Below, piece after piece: positions 25,570-38,333 of a DNA stretch of 64,000 bases; within the stretch, counting starts at the first letter, position 1; each line of letters starts with the position of its first letter. A model generated the notes under the pieces. The model was not told the DNA's origin. It did not search any database and worked only from the letters and a program-made list of their open reading frames with translations. Source of the DNA: Octopus vulgaris (lineage: Eukaryota); the NCBI GenBank assembly GCA_951406725.2, contig OX597824.1, positions 5,704,001 to 5,768,000 on the forward strand. The letters run 5' to 3'. A program made the position numbers and the translations under genes.

Positions 25570-26099
25570 TATATATATATTATATCATTTTCTACTATTT
25601 TATGATATTATATGACGTATTGGTATCTGATCTATTTTGAATTCGTTAGATGATATGAATTATAAATCTTTTTTTAATGTTTCGTTTGTTATTACTATCA
25701 TTACTAAAATGATTAAATTAACCTCATTTATCATTTTTATTGTATCTTAGGCCAATTTTAATGTATTTTAATGCTGAAAGATTAGGAAAGAATTCCACTG
25801 AGGGTGACTTAATGTTTATAGACAACGAAACATAACATAATTTTTATATTCTCCGAACATGAGATGCGGCTAACTGTCCGAATTGTGTGAGTTTATTATC
25901 TTTCCGAAGTGGGGAACATGCGTTAGGGAGACATTTATAGTCCGTTATTTTCAAAAATTAAGAATACCTGAAATTTTGAGGTATATCTTTGAGACATTTA
26001 TTAAGGGATACTTTTAATGTTGTGAACGTTTAACTACTGTTGATTGACGTTTTTAATTAATGACTCAAGTTTCGATTGATATAATACTGATAGTTTAAA

Positions 26100-26510
26100 A
26101 TTTTGGCACAAGGTCAGCAATTTCGGGGGCAGTCTTTAGCCGATTACGTCAACCTCAGTATTTCACTGATATTATATTCCATTAATACCGAAAACATAAG
26201 AAGCAAAGTCAACCTCGGTCGAATTTTAGAGAGCCGGAAAAAATATTTAGTATTTTGTCTGAAGCGCTAACGAACTTCCCGAGTGGTCGCTTTAATCAGA
26301 ACAATAACAACGGCTTCGAATTTTGGCTGAGACCCAGTAGTTTTTGAGGGGAGGGGAATCGATAACATTGTACCCAGTAATCGACTGGTATTTATTTTAT
26401 CGAACCCATAATGAGTAAAGGCAAAGTCGATCTCGGCAGAATTTAAACTCAGAATATAAAGACAGACTAAATGCCGTTAAATATTTTGCGCGGCGGGCTA
26501 GCTGTTCTGT
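26100..26510 (-). mobile_element. Two tandem degraded S4 SINE copies
   Basis: Each has ttttggc...gcaaagtc(a/g)a(c/t)ctcgg...gaattt. Confidence 0.7.
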
Positions 26511-27108
26511 CAATTTTTGTAAGGCTAATCTTAGCACCACAGACCGTTATTTGCATGATATATATTTAAATTTCTTATTTCTTAACTCAGTGTTCATTAA
26601 TGAGTTATTAATTTGTTATATAATGTATTTACATCACATATAAATAAATATGTCCCTCACTAGAATTCTAGAAAAATATGTAACATCATAAATCAGTATT
26701 TTGTACCTAAAATAGACGATCATCAGAAAGTTTCATTTAACGAGCGAAACTAAAAATTATAGAAACGTAATTCAATAAGAATTATATGCTCGGAGACCAG
26801 ACGATCTATTTTAAAACTAACAAATTACGAATAATTTCGTCTATGTATGAAAAGAAACTTTAAAGATCGATCCAATACGGAATGGAAATCGATTTTTGAT
26901 AATGTTAAAAAAAATACAATTGACTTTAAACATAACCTTTTCTTCTATATTCAACATCTGAAGGCAAAATATTCCTAACAATATTTTTTATGTTATATGC
27001 ACTTGTGAGTCTGTACTCGCTCCATTAAATTTCTAGCATTGTGTCTAATTAATATTTATTTAATTTATTTACATTCGACGGATATTTGTCCTCATCTTGT
27101 TTGTTGTG

Positions 27109-27154
27109 AACGCAACGTTTCTGCTGATATACCCTCCAGCCTGAATCAGGTTTC
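27109..27154 (-). ncRNA. Degenerate hammerhead motif, paralogue of 17845-17890
   Basis: Minus strand gaaac ctgattc a ggctggagggtatatcagca gaaa cg tt gcgtt, followed by the same aagatgaggacaaatatccgtc tail; core mutated. Confidence 0.65.
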
Positions 27155-27217
27155 TTGGGGAAAGTTACTTTTTGATGTTGTTGTTGCTGCTGATACTGCT
27201 GCTGTTGTCATTATTAT

Positions 27218-27478
27218 AAACATCATATCTGGCCATCACAGTCCCCAGATCTCAATATTATTGAACATTTAAGGTGCATTTTAGAAAAACAAGTAAAGCT
27301 TCGATATCCTCCACCATCATCACTACAAGAACTGGAGACAGTTTTAGCAGAAGAATGGACAAAAATCCCATACCCCGTAGTCTTCAAGTTGTAATTACTG
27401 TCAAAGGTGATCCAACTCCGTATAAATGTATATTTGTTTGAAATTTTAAGGCATTTCCATCATTTTGTCCAACTCCTG
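27218..27478 (+). mobile_element. Tc1 3' fragment, same family as 60641-61857
   Basis: WPSQSPDLNIIEHL...EEWTKIP; right TIR cattttgtccaactcctg followed by TA. Confidence 0.85.
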
Positions 27479-28398
27479 TAGGTATACTATCTCCATTTCT
27501 TTCGGGTAAAACAAAAACTTAAAAGCTCACGTCCACGTTTTACCTCGTCTTACTCCAATAAACTATTACAATATACACTAGTATCAGTTCATGTGATGCT
27601 CTGTTGTCGAAGCTATCAAAGCTGACAGAGGAGGTTCCTGACAACCAAATTCACTTCTTATACTATTTATTTCCTCTTATTAGTCTTCTCTTTCTCACGT
27701 AAACCAGATCAGTTTCTCTTGTTCCAATCTCCTTTTGTTCTGATTATTTAATTTTTATCAATACTGATTTCAAAGTTCTTATTTCTCGAGAACGTGTGCA
27801 ACATTAAATGCGTGATCTCGTAACAAAACCCGTTTCTCGATAAATATAATCGATATTTATCAGTCATTATGTATCACACGGCGCTAGCATTTAATCGGGC
27901 CAAAAACACGACGTTAAATATTTACAAATATTCTGATATGATAACCATTCATTAAAAGTAAAAAAAGATTTTCTTAACGTTAAGCACGAAGTATTTTTAA
28001 CTTTCTGATAATACGTCATTATCCGTATATATAAATCCAGCTTATATAATGAATTAAACAATGTATTGGTGGATGGAAACATTCGTAAAACTCTGGGAAA
28101 ATGCTATGAATAAATTTTTCTATGTATATCTGATTTCATATTTTGCCAGATTTGCATCTGTTTTGGACCAATCGATGGAATACTGGCGTCAAATTTTATC
28201 GATATGTTTCTATAATTATTTTATTCTTTTATATGTTTCAGCTCTAAGGCTGCGGCCATCAGGAACACTGCCAATAATGTATATACTTCTGCCAATGTGA
28301 CAATTCATTATTTAGTAAAATAGCTCAAAATCTTAGTATGTTTATAGAAATCGAAATTGACTCAATATCATGTAAAATATAGACTTTATTAATAGGGT

Positions 28399-28477
28399 AA
28401 GGCGGCGAGCTGGCAGAAACGGTAGCACATCGGGCGAAATGCTTAGCGGTATTTCGTCTGTCGCTACGTTCTGAGTT
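28399..28477 (+). mobile_element. S4 SINE head
   Basis: aaggcggcgagctggcagaaacg...ctacgttctgagtt. Confidence 0.8.
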
Positions 28478-28479
28478 AA

Positions 28480-29130
28480 CTTAAAAACGGTTATTTACAC
28501 GAATTTCGCAGTTTGCACGAGCATAAAATAAAACAGAATATTCCAATTGAAATTAAAATTAAATAAAAGATAATAAGATATCAGCCGCACTCGACTTCCA
28601 CTACGTCACATGCATTCCGCTATTTGTCTCTTGGAATGTTATCGAACACCTCGACCCTGACCACTAGCTTGTCCTTGTCTTTCTGAACCGCGTTCCGTAC
28701 ATAGCAATCCATGGGATACAACTGGAGTATTTTTAGGAGGCCAGAAATTAGAGTTGGTGAAATGATAGAAAATCATTTTTAACTCTTTTCGTAAGTATGA
28801 CAAAGGCCCGAATGCAGCTCCCACACACATTGCCTGCCAGCATTAACTCTCTTCAGTCAGGATGTCACCGCACTCTCTAGCAGCATCACATAACTGTTCG
28901 AATTGGATCTAAGGATTTTGTCGTCGGCAATTAGATGATTACTGGCGTTCGAACGAAGTCAGGACGGCTTCTGTGTCCCTTCCTGCTGGAAACGGCTCCA
29001 AAGTCTCAGTTCACATCTTTTCATGTCGCTTATTATAACCTTCACAACATTAAGATAATTGGGCAGCAGTCATAATGTTGGCATTTTGATACCCGGCGCG
29101 AATCATCATGACACAGGTAACACTTTTCCA
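28480..29130 (-). mobile_element. Decayed Tc1/mariner-superfamily (maT/DD37D-like) transposase remnant
   Basis: Minus strand remnants ...FYHFTNSNFWPP..., VFDNIPRD..RNAC..VEVECG*Y with frameshifts; subfamily assignment is inference. Confidence 0.65.
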
Positions 29131-29365
29131 ATATTCCCATGGCTTCCAGTCCTCAATGCCAGATAACTTCTTCTCCACTACAACTTAAAACTTCATTGTC
29201 TAGAATTCCGTTCATTGTGCACCAATACCCATAGCAAACCCAGAGAAAAAAATAGGCATAAAACATCGTCGATTGCAACCCAAACACCCAGCATATACAT
29301 ATATATATACATACACATGCATATATGTGTATATGTGTGTGTACGTGCGGGTGTGCATGCGTCCA

Positions 29366-29402
<37 letters not shown>

Positions 29403-29405
<3 letters not shown>

Positions 29406-29747
29406 AGGCGCATGGCTCAGTGGTTAGAGCGTCGAGCTTACGATCGTGAGGTTGTGAGCTCGAATCCCGGACCGGGCTGTGTGTTGTGTTCTCGAGCAAG
29501 GCACTTTATTTCACGTTGCTCCAGTTCACTCAGCTGTAGAAATGAGTTGCGACGTCACTGGTGCCAAGCTGTATCGACCTTTGTCTTTCCCTTGGATAAC
29601 ACTAGTGGCGTGGAGAGGGGAGGCTGGTATGCATGGGCGACTGCTGGCCTTCCATAAAAACAACCTTGCCCAGACTTGTGTCTAGGAGGGTAACTTTCTA
29701 GGTGCAATCCCATGGTCATTCATGACCGAAGGGGGTCTTTACCCTTT
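29403..29747 (+). mobile_element. tRNA-derived SINE, family S3, full length in (TA)n
   Basis: Box A tggctcagtgg, box B agctcgaatccc, CORE-like ctcgagcaaggcactttatttcac, tail catgaccgaagggggtctttaccc. Confidence 0.9.
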
Positions 29748-29765
29748 ATATATATACACACGCAT

Positions 29766-29846
<81 letters not shown>

Positions 29847-29969
29847 GAATTCCAGCCTTGTCTGATTTTCACGTTTTATTTACAATCTTATAATGATATA
29901 TTATAAGATAATATATTATAATTGAATAAAATAAAATGAAATAGTAGAATGTTAAATGTTCATTCTGAT

Positions 29970-30014
29970 TGAACTAGTACTTTCATGCATTGAATTCTGC
30001 AATCTTCGGGTTCA
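29970..30014 (-). ncRNA. Penelope-associated minimal hammerhead ribozyme motif
   Basis: tgaac CCGAAGA t tgca-gaattcaa-tgca t GAAA gtac TA gttca; palindromic GTAC stem III; U4C core variant. Confidence 0.65.
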
Positions 30015-30499
30015 TGTAGTAGTGGTGACAGTCATGCTTCACAATTTTTGACTGTAGCAAGATGATTGATTCTGTGCTATAAATACAGCTGGGTAGGCTC
30101 CAGAGTGCTAGGTTTTGCAAACTGTATTCTGACCAATCAGTGTGTTGTATCACTCAATTACTTAAGCTGATTGGTTGGTTGAGCTGATTGGTTTAGGCAT
30201 CACGCTTTGTTGGACATGTCAAGAGTCCTGTATCTTGACCCTGGCCGAAGCAGCAATTGTTGGGTTATTTTTAGAAATGTTGTAAATATCCTTTGTCAGA
30301 GATTTTTATATTTTTATATTTCAATTGTCATCATCATCATTGTCAGCACCTTAATTATTGTTGCTAGTGGTGGCAATAGAACTTTTAACCCTAAATAAGA
30401 TAATTTTCCTGCTATCTTCATCTTGATCACCTTTAGTATTGTTGTTGTTGTTAGTGGTCATGGTCGTAGCAGTGGAAGTAGTACCTCTAAGTATTATTA

Positions 30500-31513
30500 T
30501 TATTGCTTATTTAGCTTGGGTTCGAATTTATCAATAAAATTCTTTTCTCTGATTCTCCTCTCGATTTCACTTGGGCTGTGTAATTTGTAGAACGGAAATA
30601 TTATATACATTTTCCGGCCACATGTTGCTAGGTGGTTACTCAAAGGTATCTGACGGACCTCTGGGTCTCTAATCTGTTGCCGGTGTACACGTGAGCGTTC
30701 TAATAGTGCGTTTCCCGTCTGACCTACATATATTTCTTCACAATTTGGGCATTTGATGCAGTAAATTAAATTTCTGCTTTTGCAGTTCATATTCGCGTTT
30801 GTGAATATTTTCCCGGTTTTTGTGTTTATATATTGACCGGTATGTATGAATTGGCATGTGCCACATCGGCTATCATTGCATTTAGATACCGTGAATGTTT
30901 GGTCTTTGTTGCTAAGGTCAAATTTTGCCTTTGTTAGTAATGTTTTCAAGTTTTTAGGCTGTCTTTTACTAAGCACCATAGCTCGATCCATGATTATGTC
31001 TTTTAATTCATTACTTTGGGCAATGATTGGTAGGTTTGCTTTGGCAATGTTGAAGATATTCTGGTGACATGGGTTGTGTGTCACTATGAATGGTATGACT
31101 TGTTCTTGTTTTCCTCTTCCTTGGGTTGTCCTAAGTTGTTGTATGGGTATTTTTTATAGCCCGCTGTATGCCATTTTCTATAAGTAGAGATGGGTATTTT
31201 TGTTTGAGCAAAAATTCTCTTAGTTCTATTAGGCGTTTGTTCCTGATATTTGCATCTTCTACAATGGTACAAATTCTTCTGGCTAGGCAGTATGGGATGT
31301 TACGATTTGTATGTGGTGGATGGCACGACTTAAAATTTAGGTATTGATGTGTGTCTGTGTGTTTATAGTATATATCTGTGGTGATGGTGGTGTCTTTTTT
31401 AATTACCATTATATCTAGGAATGGTAATTTGGTACTACTCATCTCCTTTGTAAATTGGAGAGATGGGTGTAGGTTGTTCAGGAGGATATTGAACTCTTCC
31501 AGAGTATTTAGAG
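30500..31513 (-). pseudogene. Penelope-like RT thumb and GIY-YIG endonuclease
   Basis: LNNLHPSLQFTKE...LPFLDIMV...DIYYKHTDTHQYLNFKSCHP; one +1 frameshift in an A-run near 31150; CNDSRCGTC...NLIYCIKCPNCEEIYVGQTG...ERRIREKNFIDKFEPKLN. Confidence 0.9.
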
Positions 31514-32173
31514 ATGCTGTCCAGATTTTGGCGAATGGTGCGGGTTAGGTTGTGTACGTTTCAAGTGAGGGTGGATGGATGTATACTTTTAGGCGCATGC
31601 ACGTCGGTGTGCGGGCGCACATGTGTAGGTATGAACATGCGCTCTTACGTGAATACTATGAACCTTTTAACGCCCTTACTTTTACTCCCTCCGTTCACTT
31701 AGCGGTCATTCAAATAGCTCTTTTGTCTTAATAACGGTCAATCACACAGTAATTTCCCTTTGTATAACGGTCATTTTTCATAGCATTTTCTCCGATGGCC
31801 GCATAACTGAAGAGATGGCGGCGTGGATTTCCACCCCGACAGCCGAAATTCGGAGGTTTATCATGGCTACCGAATTATTGTCACACACACACACATACAC
31901 ACACACACTCACACACGCACACACACACACATATATATATATATATACACGGACACATTTTCACACATGGGAACATAGACACTCACACACTCACATGTGT
32001 GTATGTGTGTGTGTGTTTGTGTGTGTGTATGAAAATATTTAAACTATGAGGAGAAGCGTGTTGAAATGAGATTATGAGACGCTATGTTAAAAAATCGGTC
32101 TCCAAAACAACGGATTTTCTTGATTTCGAACGCGAAATAAAGACTATTGTATATATATATATATAGACATAGT

Positions 32174-32390
32174 GGAGGCGCAATGGCCTAGTGGTTAGGG
32201 CAGCGGACTTGCGGTCGGAGGATCGCGGTTTCGATTCCCAGACCGGGCGTTGTGTGTGTTTATTGAGCGAAAAAAACACCTAAAAGCTCCACGAGGCTCC
32301 GGCAGGAGGTGGTGATCCCTGCTGTACTCTTTCACCACTCTAAAGGCGGTGCTCTAGCATGGCCACAGTCAAATGACTGAAACAAGTACA
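32174..32390 (+). mobile_element. Chimeric SINE: S2 head and body fused to S1 tail
   Basis: 32174-32340 matches 4149-4290; 32341-32390 (taaaggcggtgct...gactgaaacaag) matches 3445-3492. Confidence 0.85.
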
Positions 32391-32929
32391 AAATATATAT
32401 ATATATAGACATATAAAATACTGTAAGAAAAGCAAACTTATCAATCGGTTCTAAATGTGACAAACAATGTCCAACGAGAAGAAACTTAAGCAGAAACTAA
32501 ACGAGAAAAATGCAGTCACCAAATTATTAACGAAATCTCGGTGGTTTATAAATCCGGGCCACCTACTGAGTTTCATGAGATGGGTGGAATTTTATCAGTG
32601 GTCGGGTAACGGAAGTGCGATGAAATGTGTCCACATCAGGAGAAAAATAAAGAAAAAGAGAATACAACAGTTTTTGTGACCTAGTACATATCTAAATGTA
32701 GTTCTTCCATGTTGTAATTGTGTGTGTGTGTGTGGGGGGTATGTGTGGGTGTGTGTGCCAAACGAAGAGTAGGAACAAACTTTTAGCAACATGTGATTAT
32801 TTCTCGAAGTAAAATATAAACTTCCACATATCTGGTATCAGTGAAGATTAACTTAATATAATATATTTCGATCTTAAATTCATGTGAGCATGACTATATA
32901 GTCTTGTTAAGCATTTCAAATCGGAAATA

Positions 32930-33002
32930 TATACATACATACATGCATACATACATACATACATACATACATACATACATACATACATACATACACGCAC
33001 AC

Positions 33003-33045
<43 letters not shown>

Positions 33046-33061
33046 TGTATGTATGTATATG

Positions 33062-33107
<46 letters not shown>

Positions 33108-33113
33108 TGTATG

Positions 33114-33170
<57 letters not shown>
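32930..33170. repeat. (CATA)n/(TA)n/(TATG)n compound microsatellite
   Basis: Seen directly. Confidence 0.95.
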
Positions 33171-33171
<1 letters not shown>

Positions 33172-33539
33172 ATGTTTTTCGCTCGAAAACTCTTCTCTTC
33201 GTCATTGCAATTGGAAAGTATGTGCCAGTTCCAATTCCACAGTCTTTGTAATATTGCGTATTTATACGTGTAAAGAATTTACATTTAAACGGCTTGAATA
33301 AACCACAAAGCGCCTGCAGTTATTTCGACATGACAATAGTAATCCGCACATCATTATCCTTATTGTCATTGTATATAGACAGACATTACCTTGAAGCGTT
33401 TGATGTCTAACCATAGCATAAGACAATACTGCGTCCTGATATACGTTCACAAATATTCAGCCAAGACGGCAGTGGAGAATACATATATGTACACATTTGC
33501 CTTTGCTTCCATGTGATTATAATCATCAATTCCTTCATA

Positions 33540-33594
<55 letters not shown>

Positions 33595-34359
33595 CATACT
33601 TACCATTCTTTGATAGACAGAATGCTTCGCGTCTAATGTACATTGGTCTGTAGCAAATCGAAAGTTCCATCAAAACCCAGATTCTAACCTTTTATCCGTT
33701 AACTCTTTCTCTACCCATATCCTTAACACGCAGAAATTGCTTTTAAAATTCGTGAATTCTAAAATATAGTTACGAACGAATGGGTCTGACAGAACTAATT
33801 AACTGAGTTATTCATAAGTATGTAAGAAATGATGTACGTGACAGAGACGAAAATAAAATATCATCAAAATTTATGATACCAACGAAATACAATTTCTTTC
33901 AGTCTAACTTGATTTTGTTATAGAGTAGCGTATAAATTGTTAAATAATTCTTTGACATATACGTCGATAATTTAGTGAACGAAGTCAACATGTGAAAGTC
34001 CTAAGGTTGTTGCAACTACAGATTTATTGCACAAACTCCCGGGTTCGATTTTGTTTGGTGGCGAATGTGCTGGGCGAGGATAGGAAACTAAATGCGATGA
34101 GTTACTGTAATTTGAACAACAGTAACTATTTTTGTATGGCACTTATTCTATCATTCTCTATTGAAAAGTAAAATTTGTTTTATTGATAGTAGGACACAAT
34201 ACAACACTTGTTTACACAGACACATTTATATATATATATATGAGTGTGTATGTGTTTGTTTACATACATACATGCATAATTCCAAGATGTCTGAATCAAA
34301 TTCTTTTGATCTATACATGTAACTCCACTCCCAATAATTGTATTGAGTGGCCTTCTTTC

Positions 34360-34393
<34 letters not shown>

Positions 34394-34513
34394 TATATAT
34401 ATATATATATATAATTAATCCAAACAAGAAAGCATAAAAAAAAACACAACAATGCGAGGACGTGGAACAAATATAGTATTCTTGGACCCTCAGGAAATAA
34501 GGAAAGAAGGAGG

Positions 34514-34548
34514 GTTTAACGTTTCGAGAGGAGCTCTTCGTCGGAAAC
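34514..34548 (-). ncRNA. Minimal hammerhead motif in a short repeat (~34420-34620)
   Basis: gttt CCGACGA a gag-ctcct-ctc GAAA cg TT aaac. Confidence 0.65.
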
Positions 34549-34711
34549 ATAGGAGAAGGAAAGATCCAGAGAAGGGAAAACAGAGGAAAAAATCGCTAAC
34601 GGTACACACACGGTCACATATATATATATAGTTATATATATATCAGAATTTTTTGTGTAATAAGATAAAAAAAAACCCAAGGCTGTGTAGATATTAGAGC
34701 ATTTATAGATA

Positions 34712-34764
34712 GTCCTTACAGCTCTTTCTAGGATATTTATTAATTATATCCCTTCATAGGAGAC
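34712..34764 (-). ncRNA. Degenerate hammerhead motif, paralogue of 58306-58353
   Basis: gtct cctatga a gggatat...atatcct a gaaa gagctg ta aggac; flanks 34660-34790 homologous to 58270-58410. Confidence 0.55.
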
Positions 34765-34939
34765 GGTGTGAGAGGATAGTTAAGTCATAGTTTAGATGTG
34801 TGTGTGTATGTGTGTATGTTTGTGTGTGTGTTATATGAATGTATTATATGGTTCAAATGTACAAAAAGTAAAAGAGAGATACAGGTGGCGGAACAACAAA
34901 CAAGGTGTATTAATTTGACGCTCAGGAGAAATGGAAACG

Positions 34940-34977
34940 TCTTTGAGGTTTCGAGCCTACGCTCTTCATCAAAAAGA
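34940..34977 (-). ncRNA. Degenerate hammerhead motif in a short repeat (~34850-35040)
   Basis: tcttt TTGATGA a gagc-gtag-gctc GAAA cc TC aaaga. Confidence 0.6.
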
Positions 34978-35089
34978 AATGAAGAAAGAAAACGGTGAGA
35001 GAAAATATTTCGAGAAACGAATAGAGGAATAAAAAAGTGCCTGGATTAGTGGTTTCACCTCTTAGAGATGTCTGGGGCCCTGAATGTTG

Positions 35090-35330
35090 GCTGGTCCTTG
35101 TGGACTCCAGATAGAGGGTGCTGGTATCTCGAGGACTCAGGCGATATTGCACAGATACCGTTTACGTTAAACTGGATACCTTATTCAGATGAATAATTGG
35201 AGGATCCCTAAGCAGATGGTAAATGGTGAACTTCTTGGAGGAAAACGCCCTGAGGTGAAACGAAGACAACGGCCTAAGTTTTATGTAAAGTCCTCGTTGA
35301 AGGCTTTTGAAATAAGTCAGTTGAAGAGAT
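35090..35330 (+). mobile_element. RTE-clade LINE, C-terminal remnant
   Basis: ...RIPKQMVNGELLGGKRPEVKRRQRPKFYVKSSLKAFEI resembles the RTE RIPKQLLYGEL..GKR motif. Confidence 0.7.
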
Positions 35331-37276
35331 GAGACGAATATATTATCTACTAAGCCACGGGCTTTCACACTATATAATATGATATATGAAAATTGGAATG
35401 AAATAAGACCCAGCTACCAAGTCACAAATATTATTTAACAGGACTATGCAATGGAAAATCCAAGACATACAAACTGTAATATTTCCACTGAAAAAAATAT
35501 TAAAATATTTTGCCTCTCGTCTCTATTTGCACACTTTAGGCTTACGAAAGTTCAACAGTCGGATTAAACACAGAGAAGCGTGGTACGACGGGATCTTCTT
35601 ACCCTACAAAAATATCTGTTAAAGTAACAAACACGTAAATAGCTCATTTCAATGCATTTATTGTCGTACGCGATAATTAAATGCATTTGCAAGTTACAAT
35701 GATACTGGATATTTCGTATCCCTGTAGCATATCAGATGCATAGCAAAGTCAATTGCATTTCTCAAATACACTCTTGAGAAAGAATTCAACTTAACGCTGA
35801 GAGCTAGGAAAACAATAGTTAATTATGGAGAGAAGTTATTGATTTTAGGTGTTCTCCGATTTACCATTGTTTGCTGTTTGCAGTGACGAACGTTGAAATA
35901 CCTGAAAGTTAAATGTCTTATAAATGGACGCAATCTAGCCCCAGGTAGCTCAGTATGAAGAACAATCGCCTTTAGTCTTTGTTATATCAATTCAGCGGTT
36001 TACAACTCTATTATAAATTCACTTAGACACATATACACACCAGATACACATATACTATGAAAGATGTCTTCATATATACATATATACATACATATGTTTA
36101 TGTGTGTGTGTGTGTGTGTAAATAAGTGTGTGCATGTATGTAGGCACACGCATACACACACGCGCACTGCCACATAGTAAGAGTTAATAGGTGAGATCCA
36201 GAGATGCTCAATATATGAAGCGTAGTAGTGCGCAAATAATTTGAGCTCAACAATAATAAAGAAAAGTGGAGATATTTTACTATCTAAAACCTTTAGCCAA
36301 AAACTGTCGATTTTTATATGGTCAACTTAAAGAAAACATGTCAGTTAATCGATTTCACTTGTCTGTGTCAAGTTGTGCATCACTGCTTACCTCATTTATC
36401 TATTCTCTTACCATTCTAATACTATAGTTATTTCCCTTTATCTTATTTAGCCTTTTATTATGCAAGTTAATAACGGTACATATTCTTCGTAAGTGTTTCT
36501 AGTAAGCCCTTAGAAAGAAATATCTTTGCTAATTAGTTAAGAGGATTTAACCAATTAGCAATTGGCGTTAACTGGCAATAGACAATTAGGGAGAATAAAC
36601 TACGTAATTGCCTTGCTGATGTGCATTCTATTCTTCATATTCAATCAATTAATATTTTTGCTGAAAGTCATATTAATATTTTTGGAAATTACCGTTCTTT
36701 TTCGTTGCAAAGAACTAACAGCTACAGCTTTAATTTGTTTTCTTTGTGTAACTGAAACTTCAGGTAATCGAAAATCTTCTGTGTTTGAAATTCAATGCAT
36801 CAGCTTTTATGTGACTTAGAAGAATGACCAATCATTTTTTTTGTATTTTTTTTCCAAAAACAAACATGGATAAAAGGTGATATTTAGAATTTAGAAAACA
36901 TCGCATCAGTTATCCGTGATCTTGCATGGAAATAAACATATTAGACAAATGCTTCTCTTTTGATTTATATATAGTAAGACTAATCAGAAATTCAGAAGAG
37001 AAGTCTGTCATCGTTAAGTAGACGTTTCATAAATATTAGATACACATTTGATTGTCATAAAGGTATAAGTTGGCGTTTATTTGGCAGATGGTACTTATTA
37101 TATTCCTGTTTCGGTAATGGTGTTTGTTCAGAAATATGCAACAATAAAACCTTTATAAAATGCTGCTGCATTATAGCTTCCTTCTCAACAGTATTCTCTC
37201 ATATGGATATTGTACTCAGATTATTAAATAGTGTTGAACAAATTATTATACTGCTTTAATAATATTTCGATGTGTA

Positions 37277-37675
37277 AAGCAGCGTGTTGGCAGAAACGTT
37301 AGCACGCCGGGCGAAATGCGTAGCCGTATTTCATCTACCGCTACGTTCTGAGTTCAAATTCCGACGAGGTCGACTTTGCCTTTCATCCTTTCGGGGTCGA
37401 ATAAATAAGTACCAGTTACGTACTGGGGTCGATATAATCGACTTAATCCTCTTGTCTGTCCTTGCTTGTCCTCTCTGTGTTTAGCCCCTTGTGGGTAGTA
37501 AAGACATAGGTATTTCGTCTGTCTTTACGTTCTGAGTTCAAATTCCGCCGTGGCTGACTTTACTTTCACCCTTTCGGGGTCGATTAAATAAGTACCAGTG
37601 GCGCACTGAGGTCGATCGAATCGATTGACCCCTCCCCAAAAATTTCGGGCCTTGTACCTAGAGTAGAAAAGAATA
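37277..37675 (+). mobile_element. S4 SINE with duplicated body
   Basis: Two successive gttctgagttcaaattcc...ctttcggggtcga...aagtaccag units. Confidence 0.88.
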
Positions 37676-37919
37676 GAAAAGAATATTTCGATGTGTATCG
37701 AAATAAGTCTGCAAAATGCCATACGTTAAATTTGAATCATAATTATTTGATATCAAACCATAACTGCAGTACAAGTTAATTAAGAATTTTACTTAATGAT
37801 CGGATGACTTTTGAAATTGCATTCGTGGAGTCTGCAAGATGCGCATCGCTGGAGTTCCAGACATTCCAGAATTTTTAATATTACTTCTTATGTAGCTTAG
37901 TGAATATTTTTATCATTTA

Positions 37920-38225
37920 TTTGTTTCAGTCCACTGAACAGCAGCCATGCTGCAGCATTGCGTCTAAGTTGTTTAATCGATTAAATCGACCCAGTACCCA
38001 CGCATTTTAAAGTCTATTACTAATTTTATCGCAATTTTAGGCCGAGATATGGGGACGTAAATATGCGGACACTGGTTGTCAAACGGTGAGCAACAATCAA
38101 TAAGACACATAATCACACCAATGCCTACTCACATGGTATTGGTGGGCCCGGGGTTATAACAGAAATATTTTCCCGAATTATCACGCTGGGACTGAATACA
38201 AAATTACGTGGTTGCAAATCGAGCT
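37920..38225 (-). mobile_element. S1 SINE, old degraded copy
   Basis: tgtttcagt...gccatgctg...ggggacgtaaa...ggttgtcaa...gggactgaa. Confidence 0.65.
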
Positions 38226-38239
38226 CTTTAAACACACAA

Positions 38240-38333
<94 letters not shown>

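Larger units (their letters stand above)
29843..31513 (-). mobile_element. Penelope-like retroelement, 5'-truncated, with a hammerhead motif in its 3' region
   Basis: RT C-terminus plus GIY-YIG ORFs; abuts (TA)n. Confidence 0.9.

Noticed and set aside
29403-29480. Genuine tRNA genes (also 32174 and 3089)
   Set aside because: Heads continue into multi-copy SINE bodies and no intact cloverleaf is evident
33170-33210. Additional hammerhead-like strings (also ~16048-16085 and ~23755-23780)
   Set aside because: Stems I and II cannot be convincingly formed or the cores are too degenerate
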